NCBI GenBank assembly: GCA_002868945.1
Contig: PKTX01000001.1
Span: 18,310 to 82,309, forward strand
Direction: 5' to 3'
Length of the DNA: 64,000 nt
Origin: Desulfobulbaceae bacterium
GTDB lineage: Bacteria > Desulfobacterota > Desulfobulbia > Desulfobulbales > SURF-16
The translations under genes and the position numbers were made by a program. Below the pieces are notes generated by a model, which saw only the letters and a program-made list of their open reading frames with translations, made no database searches and was not told the origin of the DNA. How positions within the stretch are numbered: the first letter of the stretch is position 1; every line of letters starts with the position of its first letter. Positions 19,400 through 29,140 of the stretch are shown here, in pieces.

Positions 19400-20190
19400 T
19401 CTTTATTCTCACAAAAAAGCCTATGATTTTTCAGCTTTTTTCTTTTTTTTTTAGTGTGCCGGATTACGCGATAGGCCCCCGCCAGGGGCGCGGATAGAAT
19501 GTAACCGACAAAAAGGAGAAAGAGTGTAATCTGCGGTTCAGTGGCAATAATAATAAAAAAGAGCACCGTACCCACCATGAACTGGAAGGTGTTGGGCTTG
19601 GAAATTTGCTTAAAGCTGCAGTAGTGATGGGTGGAAACCATCAAATACGACAAGAGATACACAGCAAAAAGCATAATAATATTAAGGTATTCGGACTGGA
19701 CCGTGCAGATAAAGCCACAAAACAGAACCGAACTGGCAATCATGGCCGCGGCAGCTGGACAGGGCAGGCCGACAAAGACGTTTTTGGGCGTCTCCTCGAT
19801 CTGAGAGTTGAAGCGGGCCAGGCGCAGGGCCGTGGTGGCCACATAAAGAAAGGCCGCTATCCAGCCATACCTGCCAAAGGGTTTAAGAACCCAGAGGTAG
19901 GCAAGCAGGGCCGGCGCCGCGCCAAAGGAGATCAGGTCGGAGAGGGAGTCATACTCCTGGCCGAACTTACTCGTGGTGCCGGTCATGCGCGCCACCCTGC
20001 CGTCCAGGGTATCGAAGATCGCCGCGACAATGATGGCAATGGCGGCATGGACAAACTTGCCGTTAATGGACGAGACAATGGAGTAAAAGCCGGAAAAGAG
20101 GCTAAAGGTGGTGATCAGGTTCGGCAGAATATAGACCGTGCCATGGGGCGGGCTCTTCTTGGTCTCTGTGGGTGTGTCCATACAAATCAA
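19396..20190 (-). CDS. pssA: CDP-diacylglycerol--serine O-phosphatidyltransferase
   Basis: CDP-alcohol phosphatidyltransferase motif DTLDGRVAR...G.EYDSLSD. The protein is multi-TM. Its stop overlaps the leuA start (ATGA). Confidence 0.85.
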   Translation of the reverse strand: MICMDTPTETKKSPPHGTVYILPNLITTFSLFSGFYSIVSSINGKFVHAAIAIIVAAIFDTLDGRVARMTGTTSKFGQEYDSLSDLISFGAAPALLAYLWVLKPFGRYGWIAAFLYVATTALRLARFNSQIEETPKNVFVGLPCPAAAAMIASSVLFCGFICTVQSEYLNIIMLFAVYLLSYLMVSTHHYCSFKQISKPNTFQFMVGTVLFFIIIATEPQITLFLLFVGYILSAPLAGAYRVIRHTKKKRKKLKNHRLFCENKE

Positions 20191-20260
20191 CTCGTGGGCG
20201 TGGCATTTAGAGGGAAAATGGCTGGTTTTCCCCTATTCAAACAGGTATCTCCGGTGGAAA

Positions 20261-20905
20261 TCAACGTAAATAGCCGATTACTGTCTCGCCTGCCTTAACT
20301 TTTTGGCCCTTTTCCACCTCAATGCGGCTGTCCAGCGGCAGGTAGAGATCCACCCGCGAACCAAAACGGATGAGGCCGAAACGTTGACCTTTGGCAAAAA
20401 AGTCCCCCTTTTCCGCCCAGCAGACAATGCGACGGGCAATGAGACCGGCTATCTGAGTGACAGCATACCGCTGATCTTGTTCCGTTGCCAGAATTGTTGT
20501 GCAATATTCGTTTTCAAGGCCGCCCTTGGCCGTATCTGCCGAGTAAAACTTACCAGGTGAATAGATGACATCCTCCACCATACCCGCTGCAGGCATACGG
20601 TTGACATGAACATTAAAGACATTCATGAAAATCGACACCTTGTAGGCCTGGGTCTGCAGAAAACGTTCGTCCAGAATCTTTTCCACCACAATGACCTTGC
20701 CGTCCGCCGGAGATGTCAGGGCCGCAGGGTCGGACGGCGCGACCCGTTCCGGATCACGGAAGAAATAGAGGCTGAAGAGGGTAAAGAGGGCCCCAGCCAG
20801 AACAGCAACCGGATAGTGGAGAAGCGCCAGGATCAGAGTGATAAAGAGACCGGCGCCTATAAAGGGCACACCCTCCAGGGCCACCGGGATCTGCGGTTTT
20901 TTCAT
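20261..20905 (-). CDS. psd: phosphatidylserine decarboxylase proenzyme (short type)
   Basis: N-terminal TM helices and the LIRFGSRVD self-cleavage motif. Confidence 0.85.
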   Translation of the reverse strand: MKKPQIPVALEGVPFIGAGLFITLILALLHYPVAVLAGALFTLFSLYFFRDPERVAPSDPAALTSPADGKVIVVEKILDERFLQTQAYKVSIFMNVFNVHVNRMPAAGMVEDVIYSPGKFYSADTAKGGLENEYCTTILATEQDQRYAVTQIAGLIARRIVCWAEKGDFFAKGQRFGLIRFGSRVDLYLPLDSRIEVEKGQKVKAGETVIGYLR

Positions 20906-21096
20906 GAACGTTCAACCATGCGAAGAGAAAAAGCCATTCCTGCAATGAAATGGCCGAAGTCAAAGGGGCTGACACAAAGAAACTGGTACCCCTGTTGAGA
21001 ACAAGGATACCAGTTTACAGTAACACTCCACGGGGCTCCTTGCCCCCTCCCCGATAACAGCGGTGTTGTTGAGTCTGATCTGGCGATCGATATACC

Positions 21097-21582
21097 TTAA
21101 GGCTTTTTTGAAGCCCTGGTCATGGCAATGGTGCCGGTGCGGATGATCTCCTGAATACCGATGGGCTTGAGGAGTTCGGTAACCGCCTTGATCTTGTCAT
21201 TTGTGCCGGTGATTTCCAGGGCATAGCTGCGTGGGCTGACATCAACCACCCTGGCGCGAAATATATCGGCAATGCGCAACACCTCGGCCCGGGTTGTTGA
21301 TTCGGCCTTTACCCGAATCAGCGCCATTTCCCGCTCCACATTATCGGTCTCACTGATATCCGTTACCTTGATGACGTCAATAAGCTTGTGGAGCTGTTTG
21401 GTGATCTGTTCAATAATATTATCGTCACCACCTGTCACGAGGGTCAGTGAGGAGACGCCTTTTTCCATGGTCTCGGCCACGGAAAGGCTCTCAATATTAA
21501 AGCCACGACCGGAGAAGAGGCCGGTGACCCTGGAAAGAACACCTGGTTTGTTTTGTAATAGTACGGAGATTGTATGTTTCAT
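21097..21582 (-). CDS. ilvN: acetolactate synthase small (regulatory) subunit
   Basis: ACT domain HTISVLLQNKPGVLSRVTGLFSGRGFNIESL. It lies directly downstream of ilvB. Confidence 0.9.
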   Translation of the reverse strand: MKHTISVLLQNKPGVLSRVTGLFSGRGFNIESLSVAETMEKGVSSLTLVTGGDDNIIEQITKQLHKLIDVIKVTDISETDNVEREMALIRVKAESTTRAEVLRIADIFRARVVDVSPRSYALEITGTNDKIKAVTELLKPIGIQEIIRTGTIAMTRASKKP

Positions 21583-21600
21583 AAGAGTCCCTTGTCTCTA

Positions 21601-21698
21601 GGCCATCTTGAATAATTGCTTTTTTGTCCGATATGCTGCTGTTTTTATTTTCTATGCTTCTCAAACTCGAACAAAAAATCTAATAATTGAAGATACCC
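21601..21698. mobile_element. A-type MITE-like element (A2)
   Basis: GGCCATCTTGAATAATTGC...TTTTATTTTCTATGCTTCTCAAACTCGAAC...TAATAATTGAAGATACCC. It is flanked by TA on both sides (CTCTA| and |TCTAG) and fills the ilvB-ilvN spacer. Confidence 0.8.
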
Positions 21699-21718
21699 TC
21701 TAGTCTTAATCGAGCATT

Positions 21719-23458
21719 TTACACCAACAACATATCAGTGGTTGCTTTGCCGGCAGGTACCATGGGAAAAACACCCTCTTCCCTGGAGATAACAAAATCC
21801 ATCAAGACAAGGGTCTTCGTGCTCAGCGCTTCTTTGATCACCGGCACAACCTCACTGGGTTTGGTGGCCCGCAGTCCGACAGCGCCGTAAGCCTCGGCAA
21901 CCTTGACAAAATCAGGCTGCACCTCCATGGGGGTGGCAGAGTAGCGCTTATCATAGAAGAGCTCCTGCCACTGGCGTACCATGCCGAGATAATTGTTGTT
22001 GAGCAGGGCAATCTTGACTGGCAGCCTCTCCTGCATGGCGGTGGCAAATTCCTGAATATTCATCTGCATGGAGCCATCGCCGGCAATATCAATAACCATG
22101 CGGTCGGGCGCTGCCATCTGAGCGCCGATGGCGGCAGGGAAACCATATCCCATGGTGCCCAGGCCACCGGAGGTGATCAGGGTTCGTGGGTGGTTGAAAT
22201 GGTAAAACTGCGCAGCCCACATCTGATGCTGGCCCACCTCGGTGGTGACAATGGCCTCACCTTGGGTCAATTCATGCAGTTTCTGGATAACAAACTGCGG
22301 CTTGATGATATCGGTCTCGTCAACATAGCCCAGGGGATGCTTGGCCTTCCAATCCTTGATCTGATCGTGCCAGGGGGCAAGCTTGGTCCTTTCCGCCTCC
22401 AGATCGATCTCTCTGGAGTCGACCCACTTATTCATCTGGGTCATGGCCTCTTTACACCCGGCCACAATGGGAATATCGACCTCGACATTCTTACTGATGG
22501 AGGTGGGATCGATATCCACATGGATGATCTTGGCATGCGGTGCAAAGGCATCTATTTTACCGGTGACACGATCATCAAAACGGGCGCCCACGGCAATGAG
22601 CACGTCACACTTGGCCACGGCCATGTTGGCAAAATAGGTGCCATGCATGCCGAGCATGCCCATGGAAAGTGGATCCGTACCGGGAAAACCGCCGAGGCCC
22701 ATCAGTGTCATGGTCACCGGTATCCCCAGTTTACGGGCAAAGTCGGTAAGTTCCTCATGGGCATTGCCCAGGATAACACCCCCACCAATGTAGAGGACAG
22801 GCCTTTTGCCGGCCAGGATCGCCTTACAGGCCTTTTCGATCTGACCGGGATGCGGGGTATAGGTCGGTTTATAGGTGCGCATCTTGACCGGCGTCTTGAC
22901 CGGAAAATCGATGATGGAGGCCATCACGTCCTTGGGCAGATCCACCAGAACCGGGCCGGGCCGGCCGCTGCGAGCCACATGAAAGGCCTCACGGATGGTG
23001 GGAACCAGATCCTTGGCCTCTTTGACCAGGTAGTTGTGTTTGGTGCAGGGACGGGTGATACCGACGATATCAACCTCCTGAAAGGCATCATTGCCGATAA
23101 GGGCGGTGGGTACCTGGCCGGAAAAGACGACCACAGGAATGGAATCAAGATATGCCGTGGCAATACCGGTAACCGCGTTGGTGGCGCCGGGGCCGGAGGT
23201 GACCAGGGCAACGCCGACTTTACCGCTTACCCGGGCATAGGCGTCGGCTGCGTGAACGGCGGCCTGTTCATGCCTTACCAGGACATGATGAATTTTGTCC
23301 TGCTGGTGAATGGTGTCATAAAGGTCAATAACCGCTCCGCCGGGGAAGCCGAATATTGTTTCAACATTTTCTTCCTCAAGGCATTGCATAAATGCCTGGG
23401 TGCCTGTCATCTTCATAGAACTCGTCCCATTGTTTGTTTCATGGCCGTGTTGCGCCAT
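21719..23458 (-). CDS. ilvB: acetolactate synthase large subunit
   Basis: ThDP-enzyme motifs GGLGTMGYGFPAAIGA and GDGSMQMNIQE. Alternative start at ATG 23416. Confidence 0.95.
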   Translation of the reverse strand: MAQHGHETNNGTSSMKMTGTQAFMQCLEEENVETIFGFPGGAVIDLYDTIHQQDKIHHVLVRHEQAAVHAADAYARVSGKVGVALVTSGPGATNAVTGIATAYLDSIPVVVFSGQVPTALIGNDAFQEVDIVGITRPCTKHNYLVKEAKDLVPTIREAFHVARSGRPGPVLVDLPKDVMASIIDFPVKTPVKMRTYKPTYTPHPGQIEKACKAILAGKRPVLYIGGGVILGNAHEELTDFARKLGIPVTMTLMGLGGFPGTDPLSMGMLGMHGTYFANMAVAKCDVLIAVGARFDDRVTGKIDAFAPHAKIIHVDIDPTSISKNVEVDIPIVAGCKEAMTQMNKWVDSREIDLEAERTKLAPWHDQIKDWKAKHPLGYVDETDIIKPQFVIQKLHELTQGEAIVTTEVGQHQMWAAQFYHFNHPRTLITSGGLGTMGYGFPAAIGAQMAAPDRMVIDIAGDGSMQMNIQEFATAMQERLPVKIALLNNNYLGMVRQWQELFYDKRYSATPMEVQPDFVKVAEAYGAVGLRATKPSEVVPVIKEALSTKTLVLMDFVISREEGVFPMVPAGKATTDMLLV

Positions 23459-23546
23459 GATATTTTATTGGGGAATTGGGAAAAATAAAAAATCGTTTTG
23501 ATAGCAGATTATGCTCGTCGCTATACGGATTCAAGTAAGAAAGGAC

Positions 23547-23574
23547 ACTATATAAATCACTAAAAAATTGTCAA
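23547..23574 (-). promoter_or_regulatory. sigma70-like promoter for ilvBN
   Basis: On the minus strand: TTGACA, 16-nt spacer, TATAGT. It lies ~90 nt upstream of the ilvB ATG. Confidence 0.5.
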
Positions 23575-23815
23575 GGCTGTTCTTCTCCGGGGCGCTGCCT
23601 CTGAGAGATCGACTTATAAGAGATTCAGAGGGTCCGGGCCACTCAAAAGCCGATGCTAGCGCTTGAGACGGCTGAGCAAAAGCGTTGCTATGCCGGAACG
23701 TGAACATCGACGGATTCCGAGGAGTGGCGGTGTTGCGGGCACAGCAGCCTGTTATGCTTCCGGCCAAACGCGCAGACACCCCACAAGGCAGGTGAAAAAG
23801 AGGGGCGGCGACGTC

Positions 23816-24613
23816 TTAAAAAAGGCCCTTGGCCCTGCCGTAATCGAGAAAGAATTGTACGGCCCTGTGGCCCTCTTCTCCCAGGCTCTCCGAGAAGGCA
23901 TTGACGTAGAGATCGATATGGCTGCTGATGACGCTGTCGGCCATCTCCTGGGCATATCTTCTGATGTAGGTATGACTCGCCTGCCGGTGCCTGAAGGCAT
24001 AGCGAACACTGTCGCCGATAATCTTTTCCACGGCCTTGATCTTCTGTGGCCCCAGGGAGCGTCTGGCGGCAATGCCCCCCAGGGGAATGGGATGGCCGGT
24101 GCTCTCCTCCCACCACTGACCGAGATCCTGGACACAGGCAAGACCATGATCCTGGTAGGTAAACCTGCTCTCGTGGATGATAACACCGCCTTCCACCTCG
24201 CCGCGGCAGACGGCCGGCATGATTTGTTCAAAGGCCATCACCCTGGTTTTAACCGGCCCCGGGGCATAGAGTTGCAGCAGCATGGCGGCTGTGGTGTAGC
24301 GGCCCGGGATTGCCACGGTGGCCCGGTTCAGGTCAAGGGCAGCCCCCCGCTTTGCCACCAGTAAGGGGCCGCAGCCCCGGCCCAGGGCACTGCCGGTATC
24401 GAGAAGGACGTAGTCGTCAAGGACATGGCCCAGGGCGTGAAAGGAAAGCTTGCTGATATCGAGTTTGCCGGCCAGGGCCCAGTTGTTCAATGTTTCCACA
24501 TCCGCCAGGAGAGGTTCGGCAAAGGAGAGGCCCTGCAGATCCACCAGGCCATGGGTCATGGCATGAAAGATAAAGGTGTCATTGGGGCAGGGAGAAAATC
24601 CGAGGCTTAACAT
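23816..24613 (-). CDS. mqnD: 1,4-dihydroxy-6-naphthoate synthase (futalosine pathway)
   Basis: The N-terminus LGFSPCPNDTFIFHAM and the overall length are typical of MqnD. Confidence 0.8.
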   Translation of the reverse strand: MLSLGFSPCPNDTFIFHAMTHGLVDLQGLSFAEPLLADVETLNNWALAGKLDISKLSFHALGHVLDDYVLLDTGSALGRGCGPLLVAKRGAALDLNRATVAIPGRYTTAAMLLQLYAPGPVKTRVMAFEQIMPAVCRGEVEGGVIIHESRFTYQDHGLACVQDLGQWWEESTGHPIPLGGIAARRSLGPQKIKAVEKIIGDSVRYAFRHRQASHTYIRRYAQEMADSVISSHIDLYVNAFSESLGEEGHRAVQFFLDYGRAKGLF

Positions 24614-24622
24614 GGCTTTGTG

Positions 24623-25273
24623 TTAGGAGAGGTAGTGATTGAGGAAATCGCCGGTAAAGGCGGCGCATCTCTTGAGTGCCTCGCCCAGGCGCCAGGACGA
24701 GGTGTCACGATCAACCACCATATTGCTTATGGCACGTATCTCAAGCCAATCCAGCTTATAGCTGCGGCAGACCCGGGCTACGGCCGCCCCTTCCATATTT
24801 TCACTAATGGCATCATAGGTGGCGGCCAACATGTCACCTCGTCGGCGCGTGGCACTGACGCAATTCACCGACACAAAGCCCCCCACATGGATAGACCGGC
24901 CGGTTGAGGCGCACCACCTCCGGCAGTGGCTCAACAGGGAACCTTGACAGGGGAAAAACTGGTGCAAAATAAGCTCGGATGAGCCCAGGGAGCCCATATC
25001 ATCCCGGAAGCAGATGGCCATGTCACCGATGACCTCCGAATCGGCCAGGCAGATATCAAGGAGATGCATGCTGCTTTCGGTAAAGGCGCCGGCCACGCCG
25101 ACATGGATCAGCCCCTGGTACCTGGTGCCCTGTCGTTCAAGAAAACGGGTGAGGATATGGGCGGTTTCCACCAGACCAATGCCCGTCACCAGGAAATCCA
25201 CCTGCCGACAGTCGGTAAATTGCTGCCGTAAGGGGGCGATTTCCTGTTCTGTGGCAGCCGTGACAAGTATCAT
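24623..25273 (-). CDS. mqnB: futalosine hydrolase / nucleosidase family
   Basis: PNP_UDP_1 fold (ILVTAATEQE, SENMEGAAVARVC). It is adjacent to mqnD. Start moved to ATG 25273, which avoids overlap with panD. Confidence 0.7.
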   Translation of the reverse strand: MILVTAATEQEIAPLRQQFTDCRQVDFLVTGIGLVETAHILTRFLERQGTRYQGLIHVGVAGAFTESSMHLLDICLADSEVIGDMAICFRDDMGSLGSSELILHQFFPCQGSLLSHCRRWCASTGRSIHVGGFVSVNCVSATRRRGDMLAATYDAISENMEGAAVARVCRSYKLDWLEIRAISNMVVDRDTSSWRLGEALKRCAAFTGDFLNHYLS

Positions 25274-25295
25274 TGGTGGACTCGTGAAAAGACGA

Positions 25296-25697
25296 TTAGG
25301 CAAAGTGGTCCTTGACAAGGCTGCTGCCGGCAAAATCGCAGTCTATAACGGTTTTTATGCGATTTTCATCATCCAGAACAACGACCTGTGGCGCAAAGTC
25401 GGCCAGATCCTCGTTATGGTAGATGGCATAGGAGACGATAATGATCAGATCTCCCACCATGCCCTTGCGGGCGGCGGCGCCGTTGAGGCCGATAACGCCG
25501 CTGCCCGGCTCACCTTCAATGGCATAGGTGTCCAGCCGTGCACCGTTATTGATGTTGTAGACGCTGATCTTTTCATAGGGCAGCAGTCCAACCGCCCGCA
25601 TCAGATCACTGTCAATGGTCAGACTGCCCTCATACATAAGGTCTGCCTGGGTGACCGTGGCCTTGTGGATCTTTGATTTCAACATATTCCTAAACAT
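25296..25697 (-). CDS. panD: aspartate 1-decarboxylase
   Basis: MLKSKIHKATVTQADLMYEGSLTID with the Gly-Ser pyruvoyl-forming site. Confidence 0.95.
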   Translation of the reverse strand: MFRNMLKSKIHKATVTQADLMYEGSLTIDSDLMRAVGLLPYEKISVYNINNGARLDTYAIEGEPGSGVIGLNGAAARKGMVGDLIIIVSYAIYHNEDLADFAPQVVVLDDENRIKTVIDCDFAGSSLVKDHFA

Positions 25698-26553
25698 TCT
25701 TATCTCCTCCGTGGAGTAAACAGGCGTTATCGATCAGCCTGGTGGTACCGATACGAACCGCCAGGGCAAGAAGAACCCTGTGGTCAATGGTGCTGCTCCT
25801 CTCCAGGGTATCCCTGTTGACGAGTTCAATATAATCTATTTGACACGGTCCGTGTGCCAGTAACACGTCACGAACCCTTTTGGCGACGCGGCCACTGTGT
25901 CGTTCCCCTGCCTGCACCAAAGCCTTGGCCTCCTGCAGGGCATGCCACAGGCAGAGGGCCTGACGGCGCTCCGCCTTGCTCAGATAGGCATTGCGGGAGC
26001 TCATGGCCAGGCCGTCCTTTTCGCGAACAATGGCATGGCCCACCAGGCTGACCTGCATGTTCAGATCACGGACCATGCGGCGAATAACGGCGAGCTGCTG
26101 AAAATCCTTTTCGCCAAAAACGGCGTATTGTGGTGCGACGATATTAAACAGTTTCGCGACAACCGTGGTCACCCCGGCAAAATGGTGGGGCCGACTTTTG
26201 CCGCACAGCTTGCTGGTGAGTTCCGATACCGCCACCGTGGTCTGGAAACCCGGGGGATAGATATCGTCGACCTCGGGACAAAAAAGGACGGCAACACCCT
26301 CGGCCTCGGCCAGGGCGGCGTCGCGTGCAAAGGCGCGCGGGTAGGCGTCCAGGTCCTCATGGGCCGCAAACTGGCTGGGATTGACAAAGAGTGAGACAAT
26401 CACCCTGTCGACAAGTTCCCCGGCCCTGCGCATTAAGGAGAGATGACCCTCATGGAAAAAGCCCATGGTGGGCACCAGGGCAAGGGTGTGCCCCTTTGTG
26501 CGCTGCTCTTGGACCCAGCGGCTCATTTCCGCTACTGTTTTGATGATTTCCAT
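25690..26553 (-). CDS. panC: pantoate--beta-alanine ligase
   Basis: VPTMGFFHEGHLSL (HxGH) and MSSRNAYL motifs. Confidence 0.95.
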   Translation of the reverse strand: MEIIKTVAEMSRWVQEQRTKGHTLALVPTMGFFHEGHLSLMRRAGELVDRVIVSLFVNPSQFAAHEDLDAYPRAFARDAALAEAEGVAVLFCPEVDDIYPPGFQTTVAVSELTSKLCGKSRPHHFAGVTTVVAKLFNIVAPQYAVFGEKDFQQLAVIRRMVRDLNMQVSLVGHAIVREKDGLAMSSRNAYLSKAERRQALCLWHALQEAKALVQAGERHSGRVAKRVRDVLLAHGPCQIDYIELVNRDTLERSSTIDHRVLLALAVRIGTTRLIDNACLLHGGDKNV

Positions 26554-26607
26554 ACCACTCCACCATCATATCCCCTGCCAGGTCGGGCGATCTGAACCGG
26601 CGCCATA

Positions 26608-27282
26608 TCAGAGGGAGCTGACCTTCTCCTGGAGCCAGGCGCGTTGCTCGGCAGATATGCCCTTGGCGGTCAGGGCCTTTTCATAGACGTCCTTGGCTTG
26701 GGCGGTCTGGTTTTGCCGTTCGTGAACGCGGCCCTCCTCTATGTAGCCGAGACCGCTGAAGCCGGGCAAACTGCTCAAGGTCTGGTAAAAATGCAAGGCC
26801 GCCTCAAGATCGCCGCTCATCTCATGGGCTGCCCCGGAAAATTGCTGGAGCAGCGGGAAAAGCGGATTGTCCGGTGAGACCTTGCCGTGCATGGCGGTCA
26901 GGACAGGCAGGGCCCTGTCGTACTCCTGCTGTTTCAGGTGGTCGGCTGCTAGGGCAAACTGGGCCCAGAGGGCGGAACCGGTGGCGGAAAACTCGGCTGA
27001 GACCTGTTGCAGGGCCTCTCTTTTCTGGTCGGGTTCGGTGATGAGCATGGCCTGGGCCAGGTGGCGGGCAGCCCGGTCGTTCCTGGTGTCGATATAGTAG
27101 TCATAATAACTCCAGGCACAGATCGCCCCGACAATAACCAAAAAAGATATGAGAAGCAGTCGGGAGTTTTCACGCAAAAAATTCTTGGCGGCCGGAGGCA
27201 GGTTGAGCTCGTCAAGGATGGTTCGTTGGGCCGCGGTTACTTCCTCGACGTGTTTTTTGGCAAAGGGGTTTGATTCTTCCAT
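26608..27282 (-). CDS. membrane-anchored TPR protein (YfgM-like)
   Basis: One TM helix (LLLISFLVIVGAICAW) followed by TPR-like helical repeats. Start moved to ATG 27282. Confidence 0.55.
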   Translation of the reverse strand: MEESNPFAKKHVEEVTAAQRTILDELNLPPAAKNFLRENSRLLLISFLVIVGAICAWSYYDYYIDTRNDRAARHLAQAMLITEPDQKREALQQVSAEFSATGSALWAQFALAADHLKQQEYDRALPVLTAMHGKVSPDNPLFPLLQQFSGAAHEMSGDLEAALHFYQTLSSLPGFSGLGYIEEGRVHERQNQTAQAKDVYEKALTAKGISAEQRAWLQEKVSSL

Positions 27283-27394
27283 GCAAGAAGTCCTTTTTTC
27301 TTTTCGGGATTTACAGTAAAAATTGTCGGATGGTCGCTGGTCCTTCGCCGACAACAAAGTTCATCATATACAAGCTGAGGTCGAAAAAATCAAT

Positions 27395-28762
27395 ATGTTC
27401 CCCTCCTCTCCCCCCTTGCCGGCACCACTTCTTGGCAATCGTCAAACCCAGACGGTGAGTGAGTTGACCAGCTCCATAACCGTACTCCTGGAAAACGAGT
27501 TCCCCTTTGTGGCGGTCAGCGGTGAAATCTCCAATGTCCGGCGGCCCTACTCCGGCCACACCTATTTCACCCTAAAGGATTCGGAGGCCCAGATCCGCTG
27601 CGTCCTCTTCAAGAGTCAGCAACGCTATCTGGCGCAGCCCCTGTGCGACGGCGCCCGGGTTATCTGCCGCGGCAGGATCTCCGTCTACAGACAGCGCGGC
27701 GAGTATCAGATCATTGTCGATCATGTCAGCGATGGCGGGCTTGGCGATCTGCAGCGCCGCTTTGACATGCTCAAGGAGAAGCTCCTGGCCGAAGGGCTCT
27801 TTGCCAGCGAGGCAAAAAAGAAACTGCCGGCTTTTGTCGGCAAGGTCTGCCTGATCACCTCGCCAAGCGGCGCTGCGGTGCACGACTTCCTCAGCACGGC
27901 CCTGGAGCGTTTTGCCGGCCTGCAGGTGGAGATTCTGCCCGCTGCCGTACAAGGGGCGAGTGCTGCCCGGGAAATCATCAGACAGATTGAGCACGCCAAC
28001 AAACGGGCCTGGGCCGAGGTTATTGTTCTGACCAGGGGCGGCGGCTCTTTGGAGGATCTGGCCGTTTTTAATGATGAGGAGCTGGCCCGCGCCATCTACG
28101 CCTCGCAGCTGCCAGTTGTCTCGGCCGTGGGCCATGAGGTGGATTTCACCATTGCGGATTTTGTCGCTGATCAGCGCTCACCCACGCCAACAGCGGCGGC
28201 CCAGGAGATTGTCTTTGATAAAGATGAGGTGGTCGCCCGGCTAAAGCGTCTGCAGGAGCAGATGGTCCAGGGACTCCAGAACACTCTGCGGCAAAAAGAA
28301 CATCGTCTGGCCATGGCCAGAAGGCATCTTGCCGATCCGCGCCGGCTTGTCGATCATTATCGGCTCAAGGTGGATCACGTCAGCCTTCATCTTGTTCACT
28401 GTTTTGCCCGGAAGCTGGAGTGGGCCACACACCGCCTTGATGGCGTACGGCATGCCTTCACAGCCCAGGGCCCGGAACGAAAAATAGCAGGGTCCTTACG
28501 TCGTTGTGAGGTCTTGGAGCATCGCCTTGAGCAGGCAATGAAAAACAGGTTGCAGGGCAAGGGTGAGGAGGTTGCCAGGAACTCTGCTCGATTGAATGCC
28601 TTGAGCCCGCTGGCCGTTTTAGGCAGGGGCTATGCCCTGGCCTTTACTGGAGAAGGGAAAGTTATCAGAGGCATTGATCAGGTGAAAAGAGATGACCCGA
28701 TCTCCATCAGGGTGGCTGACGGTACCATTGCCGGCATGGTGAAGAAGACAACAAGAAAATAA
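27395..28762 (+). CDS. xseA: exodeoxyribonuclease VII large subunit
   Basis: OB-fold N-terminus (VSELTSSITVLLENEFPFVAVSGEISNV), LTRGGGSLEDL, and a coiled-coil C-terminus. Start moved to ATG 27395. Confidence 0.9.
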   Translation: MFPSSPPLPAPLLGNRQTQTVSELTSSITVLLENEFPFVAVSGEISNVRRPYSGHTYFTLKDSEAQIRCVLFKSQQRYLAQPLCDGARVICRGRISVYRQRGEYQIIVDHVSDGGLGDLQRRFDMLKEKLLAEGLFASEAKKKLPAFVGKVCLITSPSGAAVHDFLSTALERFAGLQVEILPAAVQGASAAREIIRQIEHANKRAWAEVIVLTRGGGSLEDLAVFNDEELARAIYASQLPVVSAVGHEVDFTIADFVADQRSPTPTAAAQEIVFDKDEVVARLKRLQEQMVQGLQNTLRQKEHRLAMARRHLADPRRLVDHYRLKVDHVSLHLVHCFARKLEWATHRLDGVRHAFTAQGPERKIAGSLRRCEVLEHRLEQAMKNRLQGKGEEVARNSARLNALSPLAVLGRGYALAFTGEGKVIRGIDQVKRDDPISIRVADGTIAGMVKKTTRK

Positions 28763-28766
28763 AAAT

Positions 28767-28843
28767 TGGTCGGGATGAGAGGATTTGAACCTCCGACCCC
28801 CTACCCCCGAAGCAGGTGCTCTACCAGACTGAGCCACATCCCG
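28767..28843 (-). tRNA. tRNA-Pro (anticodon CGG)
   Basis: Manual cloverleaf on the minus strand: CGGGATG acceptor, anticodon arm CCTGC-TTCGGGG-GTAGG, T arm GGAGGTTCAAATCCTC, and an encoded CCA. Confidence 0.9.
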
Positions 28844-28859
28844 ACCTGTAAAGATGTTC

Positions 28860-28888
28860 CTTATAGTGCTATTTTTCTTAAAAATCAA
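28860..28888 (-). promoter_or_regulatory. sigma70-like promoter for tRNA-Pro
   Basis: On the minus strand: TTGATT, 17-nt spacer, TATAAG. It ends ~16 nt upstream of the tRNA 5' end. Confidence 0.45.
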
Positions 28889-28902
28889 GATCTGTATCTA
28901 AT

Positions 28903-28920
28903 GGGTATCTTGAATAATTT
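28903..28920. repeat. solo A-type terminus
   Basis: GGGTATCTTGAATAATTT matches the A-type terminal repeat. No partner end is seen nearby. Confidence 0.5.
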
Positions 28921-28994
28921 AACTTTTTGCATTGAGACGAATTATTCGTCATCAATAGCCATGCCACTATAAAAAATCGTGCGCCATGGGTAAC

Positions 28995-29033
28995 AAAAAA
29001 AAAGCGTAACAGCTATAAGCTATTACGCTTTTT
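28995..29033 (-). terminator. intrinsic terminator downstream of hup
   Basis: The minus strand reads AAAAAGCGTAA-loop-TTACGC followed by a T9 run. Confidence 0.7.
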
Positions 29034-29140
29034 AATTCTGTCTCCCCGACTCTTGTTGCGTGTCAACAAGGTTCACAGAAAAACAATTCACACTTTTTAA
29101 TCTTCATCATGTCTCTTGAAGATCGGATCGTGAACGTAAA

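Noticed and set aside
22190-23488. 432-aa ORF antisense to ilvB. Similar long antisense ORFs lie at 54714-55907 (serA), 30470-31654 (DUF39), 18461-19426 (leuA), 10759-11619 (trpB2) and 44588-45451 (prfA).
   Set aside because: Each one mirrors a strongly supported gene on the other strand and shows Gly/His/Leu-rich composition without recognisable domains. They were treated as shadow ORFs.
23575-23815. 240-bp spacer between mqnD and the ilvB promoter as a leader-peptide attenuator or ncRNA
   Set aside because: It lies upstream of the predicted promoter and contains no Ile/Val/Leu-rich mini-ORF. It has only short imperfect hairpins and no repeat-family modules.
28767-29140. Genomic island or prophage integration at tRNA-Pro, and at the two tRNA-Gln genes
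   Set aside because: No integrase, no direct repeat of the tRNA 3' end and no foreign-looking gene block was found. The AT-rich stretch next to tRNA-Pro is explained by the promoters and terminator of the tRNA and hup.
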